A DNA stretch of 63,031 nucleotides, filler included, from Stramenopiles sp. TOSAG23-6 (taxonomy: Eukaryota): assembly GCA_900128565.1 (NCBI GenBank). It is 18 parts of 18 records of this genome, joined end to end, with 100 filler letters (N's around TTAATTAATTAA, not from the genome) between each part and the next. Parts side by side here need not be neighbours in the genome. Positions count along the whole stretch, not along the records: positions 21,164 to 24,583 come from LT637512.1; positions 24,684 to 28,094 come from LT637513.1; positions 28,195 to 31,605 come from LT637514.1; positions 31,706 to 35,113 come from LT637515.1; 14 more parts are not named here. The stretch is one strand, 5' to 3'. The notes below the pieces were generated by a model. It was not told the DNA's origin. It did not search any database and was given only the letters and a program-made list of their open reading frames with translations. Below are positions 22,202 to 34,115 of this stretch, in pieces. How positions within the stretch are numbered: position 1 is the first letter of the stretch; every line of letters begins with the position of its first letter. Made by a program: the position numbers and the translations under genes.

Positions 22202-23261
22202 TAATTTTTACGGTGGAGGGTTAGGGTTATGAATATACTTGGTTAGGGTTAGGGTTTGGAGATTTAAATTATTTGAAAAAAAAATTCAATGAACGATGCT
22301 GTTCGTTCTGTTCGTCGGTTGGCACACAAACAATTTCTTGCAAAAACTTTGTCATTAAAAGTTGTAAAGGCACAACAAAGTTATAATTAGAAATAAACAT
22401 TGTTCAATTTGATATTTTTTATTTTTTTTTTTGTTCAATTACAAAATGTAGTTTAATCATGATTCTTCAAATTCATGTTCAATCATGGTAAATGTAAATT
22501 ATGTAAATTTTACCAAAAGAATTTCTATTGTAGCTTGCAGTATAAGATCTGTCTCTTCAGATGTCGTGTTGTCCATTCTTTTTTCATCATCACTATCAAA
22601 AGGTCTCTCTATTGGTGACGTTGAGGGATTTTATGAATGTACAAGTGCTTGAAGTTTTTTTTATGGTTGGTATTTCTGGTGCCGCATTATTTTTTTATTT
22701 TTCCTAATTTTTATATTGTTTTTTTATTTTTCCTAATTTTTGTATTTTTTTTTTTATTTTACCCAATTTTGCTTGCATTATTTTTTTATTTTTCCTAATT
22801 TTTATATTGTTTTTTTATTTTTCCCAATTTTTTTTCTAATTTCAAATCAATGTGATATGGTGGCGAAAATATTGCAATATCCAAATATTGGATTTTGTAT
22901 TTTTCTACTTCTTGAAAAATTCCCTCATGATTTTTTCCCTCAAGTACTTTCAGGGATCTTCTTTATTTTCCAATACTTGAACGGGACGACCCACATTTTT
23001 TTTTTCAACTTGAAATGAAAAATAACTGATTTGAGATTTCGTGTTTCAAAATTAAGAAAGTGTGACGTCACTTTTCGACTTTTCAGAGACGAACGACACG
23101 CGGTCCACTTTTACAGATCTTGATCGTCTTGATCACCCAACTAATGTTAACAGTAACTTTAGTAGTAGGTACATATTTTTTCAACTGAACGTAGTGTACA
23201 ATTAGCTAATAGGGTCAAACTACAGTCTTCCGCGTACCTTTCTGTCACATAGCATAAAATA

Positions 23262-24194
23262 ATGATATTATCCACAAAATTTCACGTCACCAAGGGGTTT
23301 TCATCTTTGGTTCTTCGAAGTTTTGCCACAAGAGCTGCCGAAGTTAACGCTAATATTATCTTTCAACCATTTCACGAGGCACCGAAGGAGTCGATTTTTT
23401 CGAGTAATCCACTCAAAACTCTTCGACTAAATTTGGCATCCACCAGAGGATTGTGTGTTGGTCTATACTCTGCGTACCAAATTAAGCGAAAAGTAAAGGG
23501 TTTTGATGGGGGAAAGTTCGCAAAACAAGTGGAGCCTTTGATGAAGCGTTTTATGGAAGCTTACGTACTACGAGATGATGCGGCGCTCAGGTTAATGGTT
23601 ACCACAACACTTGCGGATAAGCTCAAGCTAAGCACAGGAAAAACTGGTGGTAAAGGAAGACGTTATCAAAAGGGTAGGAAAGTACGTAGTAAACAATCAA
23701 ATAGCTATGATGGATTTAGACTTATTGGCTATGACAAACCTTCAACTGTGCGTCAAATGCGTGTGTTTTCAGATGATAGAACCGTTTCTTATGGTCAAGT
23801 TACGTGCAGATTTCATGCTCAATATGTCCCTGTTCGATATTTACAAAATGGTGACATTGACATGAATGCCCCATTAACTCTTGAGAATAATAAAGGTGTT
23901 CAACTAGTAGAAAAGGAATATGAATGGGAACCTGCATATAATGAACATGGTTTGCGTTTCTTCTATAATAAATCAAATGAAACGACTTGGCAACAACCAG
24001 TTGAATGGCAATCACAGTACACAAGTATAAATTTTGGTCCTAGTGAACTTAACAAAAAAGATTTAGAATTCGTGAGTAATAATGATGAAGAACACCACCC
24101 TCATCCAGAAATAATTCATATGACGCATCATGTAGTTTTTGAGATAAAATTATTGAACAACCAACCAACGTGGCAGATCGCAGGTTTTCTGTAA
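23262..24194 (+). CDS. Tim44-like mitochondrial protein with inserted WW-like domain
   Basis: Transit-peptide-like N-terminus, GQVTCRFHAQ, HVVFE...WQIAG; WEPAYNEHGLRFFYN..NETTWQQP. Confidence 0.6.
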   Translation: MILSTKFHVTKGFSSLVLRSFATRAAEVNANIIFQPFHEAPKESIFSSNPLKTLRLNLASTRGLCVGLYSAYQIKRKVKGFDGGKFAKQVEPLMKRFMEAYVLRDDAALRLMVTTTLADKLKLSTGKTGGKGRRYQKGRKVRSKQSNSYDGFRLIGYDKPSTVRQMRVFSDDRTVSYGQVTCRFHAQYVPVRYLQNGDIDMNAPLTLENNKGVQLVEKEYEWEPAYNEHGLRFFYNKSNETTWQQPVEWQSQYTSINFGPSELNKKDLEFVSNNDEEHHPHPEIIHMTHHVVFEIKLLNNQPTWQIAGFL

Positions 24195-24773
24195 CCACTT
24201 TTATAATACTAGTTAATTACTAAAAGATAAAATAAATCCTTTTTTATTTCGAAATTCGAAGTATTTCATAAATTTAAATTTATGAAATTTAAAATTTTGA
24301 TTTTCGTTCTCATTTGACATATATTTATACGAGTCACTCGTAACTTCTTCGCACTCGCTCCGGATAGTCGTAGTCGACTTCGGGATCCCGTGCCGCATGA
24401 AAATTTTAAATAAAAGCTAGTTGAAATTCTCTGGATTTTAGATTAGCTAGGTTAGGTGTATTTGGTATATTGTGTGCTTTATTTACATTGTGCACAAAAT
24501 GGATCCAGCTTTTTCAGATCTGTCTATCTCATCAGTTTCACCACCGTCATCAGTTTCACCACCCTTGACACCAGAACCAAAAGNNNNNNNNNNNNNNNNN
24601 NNNNNNNNNNNNNNNNNNNNNNNNNNNTTAATTAATTAANNNNNNNNNNNNNNNNNNNNNNNNNNNNNNNNNNNNNNNNNNNNTGGAAAAATATTTCAAA
24701 AAAACCCGNTANGGTANAAANTTTCGTANAAAAAAAAACCAATTAATTCGAAATTAAAAAAAAAAAAACATAC

Positions 24774-26453
24774 ATACAATCACGACATTCGTTCATTGCA
24801 CGAAGAAATGATGAGGATACATTTGCACCCATTGTAAAATCATGATCTCTCACACACTGCTGGAACTCACGCACTATGCATTGTGAAAAAATATTTTTTT
24901 TTGAATTAAAAAAATTGTTAGGTACAAAACTTTCATAGTAAAAAAAATACTTTACATTAAAACATACATCCACATAAGAACAATATCTCGAGAGTATAAA
25001 CCTGAATTATGCATTTTTGAAGCTTTCAATGCTGTTAACTCATCTTTTTCCAAAAGTCCACAGATGACAAGGTCCTCATATATTGTAAAATTTGTTTTTT
25101 TGTAAAATTTGTTAGGTACAAAATTTAGTGCGAAAAAAAATTCGAACTTGAAAAAAAATAAAACATACATTTGTGGATTCTTCATACGTTGGGTCGATAC
25201 CCTTGTAAGTTAAGAAATGTGCAACATTTAAATATCGGTATATCCGAAAGTGGATTTTATTTGTTGCTGCATTTTCATGGCGAAATGCCGCATATATTTT
25301 CGAAAAATATTTCAAAAAAAAATCGTTAGGTACAAAATTTACTATGAAAAAAAAATCGAATTTGAAAAAAAATAAAACATACACATCCGAAGACCATTCC
25401 TAAATCATGTAAACGACTCTGAACTTTCAGCATCAGGTTCAGCGCCTTGTAGAATCTACTACACATGTGACGGTGGAAATATTTCAAAATTTGAAATTGT
25501 TCGATATGGGATTTTTTATGAAAAAAGAAAAACGAAATTGATGATGAAAATGTATAGAATAAAAATTTTTAAAAAAGAATCAACATTTACAAAATTGCGA
25601 ACGAAAAATAAAAATAAATAAATTTGAAATGATGAAAACCTACTCATTGTAAAAGCAAAACACTGAAAATAAAATAGTAAATATAAAAAATCTATCGTAA
25701 AACGTTGCAAATGCTGAAAAGCCTAACTGCAGAGAAACGAGCGATAAGCTGTTTTGTGTCAGGTTTGAGTCTAACTTTGCAGCACTTGCCGTGGCAGCAT
25801 CTACTGTGTTGTGATAAAGTATATCAAATTCGAAGTTTGTTAGGTATGGAATTTTCCTCTCAAAACAAAAAATCAATTAGGTACAAAATTTCGTACGAAA
25901 AAATAAATAAATTTGAAATGCGTAATGAAAACGTACATGATAACTTAGTCACTTCTAAAGGGACACTTGTAAACTCAACATATCTCTGATACCATGAAAT
26001 TAACGCAGAAACTCCAGCCATAGACAATGCTCCAAGAATGCTACCACTAAAAGAATGCCAAAGCCGGGTATATAGTTTCCATCGTGTATCCCAAAGGGCA
26101 ACGCTGTTCCGAAACTCGCAAATTGGCATTGGGGGTCTTTTATATTTTACAAAATCTTCAAATAGTCGAGAATATGTAAAGAATTCAGATATTCGCGCCC
26201 CCTTATTCTTCAGCAAGGACTTTCTGACGCATATCTTTGTCGCTCGATGTAGAGCTCGCCTGCAATGATGAACTTTGGTTAGTATTATTGTGGTAATGAA
26301 TACACATAGAACAAGTGCAGGAATCATTGCAAACCCAACTTGTTCTGATTGTTTCCAATTTTGAAGCTGGTTTGCTGAAGCCCCTCCATCCCATTTTAAA
26401 CCACTTTCACTTGAAGTTGTAGTTGACATAATGCAAAAATTAAAACTTAGCAA
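24774..26453 (-). CDS. Bestrophin-like membrane protein, multi-exon, partial
   Basis: Spliced model gives SRFYKAL..VQSRLHDL, RYLNVAHFLTY, GLLEKDEL; introns 25804-25936 (AG), 25465-25643 (CAT), 25292-25382 (TAT), 25078-25168 (TAT), 24876-24967 (CAT). Confidence 0.65.
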
Positions 26454-26731
26454 TAGTAGTATATCAATTTGAAATGTTATAAAACACTGCCGTCTGCTCG
26501 TTTCAACCGTCGTTCTACACTATTTCTAAGTGCACAAACTCCTAAACCTCCGATTGAAACGGTTACGTCGCACCAGTAACTGCTTTTTTACTAGACTCTA
26601 AAGTTTTCTTATTCGGTCGAAACAAACTAGCACAACATTGTAAAAAATAGTTGTGTAGTATGGTATAAGGATGTACACTATGAACTTATAGAAATATATA
26701 GATTCTTTAAAGTTGCATTTTTATTGGTAGA

Positions 26732-27623
26732 ATGAAAAAACAAGTATTATTCACTATTCTTTTCATCACACAGTGGAGACAAAACCAAAGTTTATTTATG
26801 AATTGTGAGTGTGAAGATAAAATTAATCCAGGTATATGCTATGCTACAACACGTGAATGTCACCGGGCGATTGCAATGTATCACTGGTATTATAAAGAAT
26901 TAAAGGGTAAAACGGGTGAATGCGGTGGTACATTACAACAAATAGTTGACGATGCAAAGAGCATCTGCACAAATGACTACTCAGTAGAAGACACAGACAT
27001 TGTGCGTGTCAAAGTTTGCGGTCCCACAGGGTTGGGTATCGGGGTAGAATTTGAGGAAATGCGTGTACACCGTGGCCAGTGTAGTGACTTATATACTACA
27101 AATAAATCAAAATGTATGGAGAGTGAAACTTGGACCCCAGGAATCTGCAGCGTCTACAATGATACACGAAATGACTCTCTTGATTGTGAAAAAAGTGGAG
27201 AATGGACCCCTCAAAAATGTTCAAATCCTGAATATACTACAAAGGAAGATTGTTTTTTAAATGTAGGTGCTGCTGGATGGACGCCTAATAAATGCAGTGT
27301 AGAATCACGAAGTGAATTAGGACAAGCTAATTGTATTGCAAAAGGTGTTTGTTTTCATCAATGCATTTCGAATTTTTTTTTTTTTACTACGAAATTTTGT
27401 ACCTAACGAATCTTTTTTTTACGGAAAAAAAAATATTTTTTCACAATACATACTTGGGTGGAAGGGATCTGCTCTGATGGGAATTCAAAAGATAAAGAAT
27501 CTTGTGAAAATAGTAAAGTTTGGATACCTTTCATGGATGTTGGTGTGTGTGATAATGCAACATCGCTTGATATCGCTACAGTATTAATTGTGCTTAGTAT
27601 CATTGTAAATCTTTACGCGGGTG

Positions 27624-27628
<5 letters not shown>
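26732..27628 (+). CDS. Secreted Cys-rich repeat surface protein (WTPxxCS repeats, hydrophobic C-terminus)
   Basis: Signal peptide; GT-AT intron 27347-27451 (GGT|GTTTGT...CACAATACAT|ACTTGG) continues the repeat as TWVEGICS. Confidence 0.75.
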
Positions 27629-27659
<31 letters not shown>

Positions 27660-28246
27660 ACATCTTAATAGTATCAGTGCAAATCTTTACGTCCTCTACA
27701 AAGGTGGCATTTAGCAAATTCAAAATTGAATCTATGCTAAAGTACTACATTTCGTTTACGTAAACAAAATCAAAATTGTCTATACAATAAAGGCCACAGG
27801 CAAACATTAAAAAAATAAAACCCTCATTGTCTTTTTGTCCTTGAATTATTTTATTCGAGAAAAAAATATATAAATATATAATATTACCCGGTTTACTATA
27901 GAAAAATAAATCTATTGAAAAAGAAAACAATAAGAGTAAATCCGCGCGAGGCTCTTGACCATTGCGAAACACGAAATACTACAAAAAACATCTCGTTACT
28001 CCTTCCCTTCAATGAAAAACAGACTGGGCAAAATTAAAGATATCAATCAGAGATTGAATATATAAAATAATGCAGACCCAGTCAGAAAAAAAAANNNNNN
28101 NNNNNNNNNNNNNNNNNNNNNNNNNNNNNNNNNNNNNNTTAATTAATTAANNNNNNNNNNNNNNNNNNNNNNNNNNNNNNNNNNNNNNNNNNNNACAAAA
28201 TTTCGTACGAAAAAAAAATCGAATTTGAAAAAAAATAAAACATACA

Positions 28247-29427
28247 TATCATCATTACATTTAGTAATAACTGAAGGATGCTGCATGGCTACTCGGTTTA
28301 AAGTACGATGTACTGTGAAATAATATTTCAAACATTTGATTTTTGAGTTAGGTACACGAAACCTTTGGATTTTCAAGAAAAAAAAACAATTTTGAAATTG
28401 AAATGCTGAAAAATATTTCAAAAAAAAATCGTTAGGTACGAAATTTCGTATGAAAAAAAANNNNNNNNNNNNNNAAAAAAATTGAAATTTGAAAAACGTA
28501 CAATAGCAGCGAAGCGCAAGGTCGCCCTTGGAGACGCCAAAAACATTTGAAGAACTGAAACAGCTGGAGCTAAATCACGTGGAGAAGCACCAGGTAAGGC
28601 ACAAATGCACCGAGCAGCTTCATAAACAACCAATTCACTCTTGTGCCGGAGACAAGATTCTAGAAAATCCATCAAGTGAGCTTCATTCACTTCTGCCATT
28701 CCTTGGTGCAATAATTGAGTGGCGTATTGCACAAGCTGATACATTGCCAATGGTGATCTTAACATTGAATTAGTTAGCTTCAAAACAAATTTTGAAACAG
28801 AAAGAATGTCACCCCTCCTAGACTCAAACAACAAACATAAAGCGTGATATTGTACCATGTCACTTGGCATGTTGAGTGCTTCTCGAATCTGACTAATCCA
28901 ACCACGAACGATGGAATTGTTATCTTTAGCAAGATGAAGACCAGCTACTAAGGATGCTGATGCTACCATTGGTGTCTTATCTACGATAGCAGACTGAAAG
29001 TAGCGCTCGATCTGTCCAAGAAAAGCAGAATCGATAATCTTTGATAGAACCCTAATAGAGTTAGCTTTCCGTAAGTCATCGTCACTAGTCATATCTTTTA
29101 CCAGACATGATATAACAATAATAACCTCTTCTGCAGAAGTAATATCTGCTATCTCTTTGATGAAAAGATACATCATACGTCGAAGGTCTGGATCGTGACT
29201 TTGGAAGAGCTTCGTGACACCGAAGAAAACATCAGAAGTTTCCGTCTGTGTAAATCTATCTCCATTGTAGAGAAGATATAACAACTCAGTAATTACTTGA
29301 CAACATCGTTTGGAAAAGGCGAGTACACTAAGTCCTCATCCTTCATCTTCAGCTTATCGCGCATACCACTAAACTCTTTCATGACGGAGTTCATTAAGGA
29401 ATCAGTCTGTTGCCCTGGAGATTGCAT
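28247..29427 (-). CDS. COPG: Coatomer gamma subunit, 5' part
   Basis: LLYLL..GDRFT..E..DVFFGVTKLFQS, LRHKSELVVYEAAR, LRFAAI|RTLNRVAM across GT-AT intron 28308-28501; apparent frameshift near 29315. Confidence 0.9.
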
Positions 29428-29959
29428 GAACCGATTGCTAATAAGTTCTACAGTGGATACACTATCCTCGCAATCTAATTGCCAATAATTTAATTAGACT
29501 GCTTGGCAATAAAGAAACACAAAATTAGCCACTCAGAAAAATTATTACGTAGTACGTGTATGTATTCGCGAGAGAACCTCTTTACCTTCGAGTCGAAACT
29601 TTGAAAAGCGAAGGATCCGCGAATCGAAACAAAAATTATGAGATTTCGTGCAAGTCAAAATGATCGATGCTCAAGTCCTGAAGGCCAAAGCAAGGTACCT
29701 TACGTAGGGTACCCTTTTGGATACCCATAGTGCTATACAGTAGCCACATTATTACGTAGTAGATACGAAGTAGCAAATCTATATATTATATAATACTGTA
29801 ATAATTAAAATTGGCAACAATACATATTCACTACAAAGAACATTCAGTATTAGGCCGAATAAATAGGATAAATTAAGGAACCTTATTTTATTTTATGTAA
29901 AGCAGGACATATACTCTCAAAACTCCCGTTTAATCTTTCTACTACGTGCAATATCAATT

Positions 29960-31605
29960 TTATTTAATCTTTCTACTACGTGCAATATCAGAACGAATAC
30001 CACTAACCTCACCTTGGTATTTTTGTGTCTCTCCAGTACGAACTTTTCGGATTTGACCACCTCGAGCTTTAACACGTTTTGCATAACGGATTCGTTTATC
30101 AACACGTGGATTGCGTTTTTGTTTTTTACGGTGAGCAGTAAGCCCACGATTTTTGAGAATAGTACGAGATGCTTTTCGGGCTTCGTTATCATCGACAACT
30201 TCATCTGCTCCAGTAAGCATTGGAGCAACGGCATACGCCTCGGCACGTTTTCGTTTCTTCTTCTGCTGACGGGCTTTTGTGGCTGAATAGAAAGCATCTT
30301 CACCAACGTCGCTATCAATATTTTTTTGTGTGCTACTAGAGATTGATCGGCTCCCGCTAAAATAATCATCAGAATCAGAGTCGTTTGTAGCAGCAAGTCG
30401 TTGGTTCTGGAGTCTGCGTTGATTTTCAACAACATCAGGATCTTTCATAAATACAGCATCAGCTGATTGACTTCCATTTTTCTTCTGTTTTTGACGTTGC
30501 TCAATTCTATTAACATGACTTTGAAGGGAGACTCTTCCTGAAAATGTTGCATCATCAGTTGTCAATCCATCCATTTCTTGTTGTTCATATAAAATTTCAC
30601 TATCACCAAAATCTGTAAGCTCTTGAAAGGCATTTGGCAATCTACCTGTTCTCGCAGCAGCTGCATGATTCTTTTGTTTCTTTGTCAATGTTAATCGGGT
30701 AAAGTTTTCTTCTTCGTAACGGCGCCGTTCAGCTGCTTCTTCGTCCGCTTCTTGGTCACCAGTCATTTCCTCACGCAATTCTTGTGGACGAGCACTCATT
30801 TCTTCACGCAATTCACGAAGAATCTTGCTTTTTTTCAATCGCTCACGACGTTTCGCTTCTTTTCGTTCAGCTTTCGCAGCACTACTTTGTTTTCCACCCT
30901 CTTCATCATAAGGTACAGCCATCATACGCGGTGCTTGGTATATACCTGGTACCGTATCATTTGCTTCGTCTGAGTCGCCACCAGCAAGATCATCCAAATT
31001 CGGAGCAAAATGTAAGGCATCGGCATCAGCTTTACCACTTGTCTTTTCTGATTCAACTGATGTTAAGTCCACCTTAAGCAATTTATCAATTTGATACTTT
31101 AACTTTTTATCAACAGGCTTCAGTTTATCCATTAAAACTCGGAGATGAATTAATTGGTCAATTACAGGGTGATCCTTAACAGAGATGCCTTTTGACTTTA
31201 GAAGCATATAAAAACCTACGTTAATGCAATAACTAAGAATAAGATGAAACTTCACATCTAAGTAACTCAATCCTTTTTCCGTCGCTAAGCCTCCTTCCTT
31301 CACCTTTTGAATCAGTGGTTCTACGGTACCTTTTAGCTGCTCGCTTTTACTCTTAAAATCATCGAGAAGAGTAAGTAACTCTGGAGCATCTGTTAAAATA
31401 CGCTGAAGTTTTGCACTGGTAGACATTTTACTAGCAACAACGTGACGCTCAATTTTGAAATCTGCTTTGTTTCTTGAGCTTTTTGTTTTTTTTGCAGATC
31501 GTTTTGCATTCTTCTGCGTATTTTTGTCCGTATTTGCAAGGTGTCCCATTGTTTTGTCTTCTGTTTCTTCATCTGAGTCTGAAATTTCAAAGTCAGCGTC
31601 CTCTA
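29960..31605 (-). CDS. UTP3: Sas10/Utp3 SSU processome component (5' truncated)
   Basis: YLDVKFHLILSYCINVGFY..LK, HPVI..L, C-terminal KNRGLT..RKK..RNPRV..R..Y, YQGEVSGIR. Confidence 0.9.
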
Positions 31606-31905
31606 NNNNNNNNNNNNNNNNNNNNNNNNNNNNNNNNNNNNNNNNNNNNTTAATTAATTAANNNNNNNNNNNNNNNNNNNNNNNNNNNNNNNNNNNNNNN
31701 NNNNNAAAAAAAAAAATTTTTTAAAAATAAAAAAAAACAAAATATCATTTTTTTTTAATTGTTCGTTTTCATCATACATGTATAATTTTTTTTTTTTTTT
31801 TTTTTTTTTTTAGTTTTCATACGAAAATTTGTACCTAACAAAATTTTTGATTTTTTTTCAATATTTTTTCACACCATTGGCAATCATATTGTATACACTA
31901 TACAT

Positions 31906-31988
31906 TATTTATGTCATTTGGGCTGCTATTAATTGTCCCTGTCAGTGCTATTGTTGATTATTATGTACATAATATAGTGATGACTAAT
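31906..31988 (+). CDS. Internal exon resembling a DMT/SLC35-type transporter helix
   Basis: LFMSFGLLLIVPVSAIVDYYVH between a TACAT end and a GTAGGT donor. Confidence 0.4.
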
Positions 31989-32622
31989 GTAGGTTCAAAT
32001 GTTATAATTTGAAAAGAAACACTGAAAAAAAAAATTTTGATTTTTTTTGAAAAATATTTTTTGAAAATATTTTTTGATTTTTTTTTTCAAAAATTTTTTT
32101 GAAATTTTTTAATTTTCTTTTTGGTTCTATTTTTCAAAAAATTTTCGTCACATTTTTTATACATATTTGTTATGTAATATGTTATATTAATAATCCTATT
32201 ATTATTTTTGTATGGACATTTCATACATGCTAATTTTATTCAAAACCAATGACACAATTTTTNTCCCNAANCCNAATNTAAAATTTTTATTTGAGTCTTT
32301 TGTATTTATTTTAATTTTTCTTAACCCTAACCCTAACGTTAAACCCTATATTTTTTATGNTACATTTGAGTCTGNTAGGAGTTCTTTTAATTATTTTAGG
32401 TTTACTTTTGTTTTTGTATTCAAATATTTTTGATCGTCAAATGCAGAATTCATGATNGNGTCTAGATTTTTTTNAAGTACGCATATATATATATAGAATA
32501 AAAACACACCAAAAAATATTGTCAATTTTTTTTTTAAATTTTTGTTAGGTACGCATCGAGTCAATCAATTAAAAAAAANAAATTCAGAATTTACCCATTT
32601 AATTTTTATTTTACCATGTTTA

Positions 32623-33840
32623 TTAAATTAACATGATAGTTACGTCGCTAATAGCACGTCGTGTTCGCATTTTCCAATATGCAGAGCTAGAANTATTTCT
32701 TCGCAATTGCCGCATCAATTGCCGCATCGTCGTATCATCGCCAAGCACTTCTCTCATAAAATACGCTAAGGAAAGATAAAAACAGTCCCCAGCACCACCT
32801 GCATCTACGACTCTGTACCTTTTCCCTGAGGGATAATGTCTTGTATCAGCATCAGTAGGTATTATTGCCTGATAGTGATTGTCATCGATTCGATTTAGAT
32901 AAACTATCCGATCCTTACCTTCGTCTGAACATTTTTTTTCGGCTTTAGCCATGTCATCAGCATTATAACCAACCACAAAATTTTCAAAGTTTTGTACGGC
33001 ATGCGGGTTTTGGTAATATTGGTAATATACGTAGTATGTAAGCTGTCCCGTCAGGTGAGGGGTATCCTGAATTATGAGACAAGTGTTTTGAGGTTGAATA
33101 GCAACAAAACTTTGTACTTCAATTTGGCCTGCCCACTCACGTGTTGATTTTACCATATATTGTAAAGCTCGTTGAAAAGGTGATGTACCATCGTTTGTAT
33201 TCACGGCGGCAACAAGCTCGGATTTAAAAACAGCTTTAGATTTGTCAATTATACCAGCACAACATTCATAAACGTTTCCTGCCGTTACGTTAGACATTTG
33301 TTGTGTATCATTTTCTACCATACTAACATTATAATGTGCCAAGCAACCTTTCGCATTATTCAGCGAAGGAGATTTGTCTTCCATTTCCGCAATCCTGCGC
33401 GATATCTCCTCTAGCGACATTCCCTCCTGATATTTAACACTTTTTGTATCTTTACTTTTTCCTCCCTCAAGCGACATCGCTAACGCTCTTGCCATATTGG
33501 CATCTTCTTGTTCTTCTCGAGTTCGTCCTCGCTCATGCTGTTTACGCGACATCTCTAACGCTCTTGCCAAATTGGCATCATCTTGTTCTTTTCGAGTTCG
33601 TGCTGCGATCCTCCCATGTTCACGCGACTCCCGTAACGCTCTTGCCAAAATGGCATCATCTTGTTCTTTTCGAGTTCGTGCTGCGATCCTCTCTTGTTCA
33701 CGCGACATCTCTAACGCTCTTGCCAAATTGGCAGTTTCTTCTTCTACAGTTCCTGGTGCGCTGTGCCTTTGCGCTAAAATAGATCCATATATTCCAAATG
33801 GTATTGCCGAAGCAAGAATCGTGAAAATAATAGCCTTCAT
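32623..33840 (-). CDS. Signal/TM + four UIM-like repeats + permuted OTU-like deubiquitinase domain
   Basis: EE/DDAxLARALxxS repeats; WAGQIE, NHYQAI, GAGDCFYLSLA motifs; likely start MKAIIF. Confidence 0.7.
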   Translation of the reverse strand: MKAIIFTILASAIPFGIYGSILAQRHSAPGTVEEETANLARALEMSREQERIAARTRKEQDDAILARALRESREHGRIAARTRKEQDDANLARALEMSRKQHERGRTREEQEDANMARALAMSLEGGKSKDTKSVKYQEGMSLEEISRRIAEMEDKSPSLNNAKGCLAHYNVSMVENDTQQMSNVTAGNVYECCAGIIDKSKAVFKSELVAAVNTNDGTSPFQRALQYMVKSTREWAGQIEVQSFVAIQPQNTCLIIQDTPHLTGQLTYYVYYQYYQNPHAVQNFENFVVGYNADDMAKAEKKCSDEGKDRIVYLNRIDDNHYQAIIPTDADTRHYPSGKRYRVVDAGGAGDCFYLSLAYFMREVLGDDTTMRQLMRQLRRNXSSSAYWKMRTRRAISDVTIMLI

Positions 33841-34115
33841 TGTAGTGTAAATAACTGTGTTAAATTCAAATTTCAAACTGCTGTTTGTTATTAAATAAAA
33901 AAGATACTTCCAACGGCCAAGATACCAAGGGATGCACAAAAAACCGTTAAAAATTTATTACACGACGGTTAAAATAAAACACAAGTCTTGAAGTCTATCA
34001 ATTTTATAACTAATATAATAATATCGATGATAGTATAACAGTAACATCGCTTATATACCACAAAATTGCNCTTTACATTTTCCTTTCTAGTTCTACTTTG
34101 ATTACTCTATAGAGN

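Noticed and set aside
22680..23018. Phe-rich ORFs here and in other poly-T regions
   Set aside because: Translations of T-rich intron or intergenic low-complexity DNA
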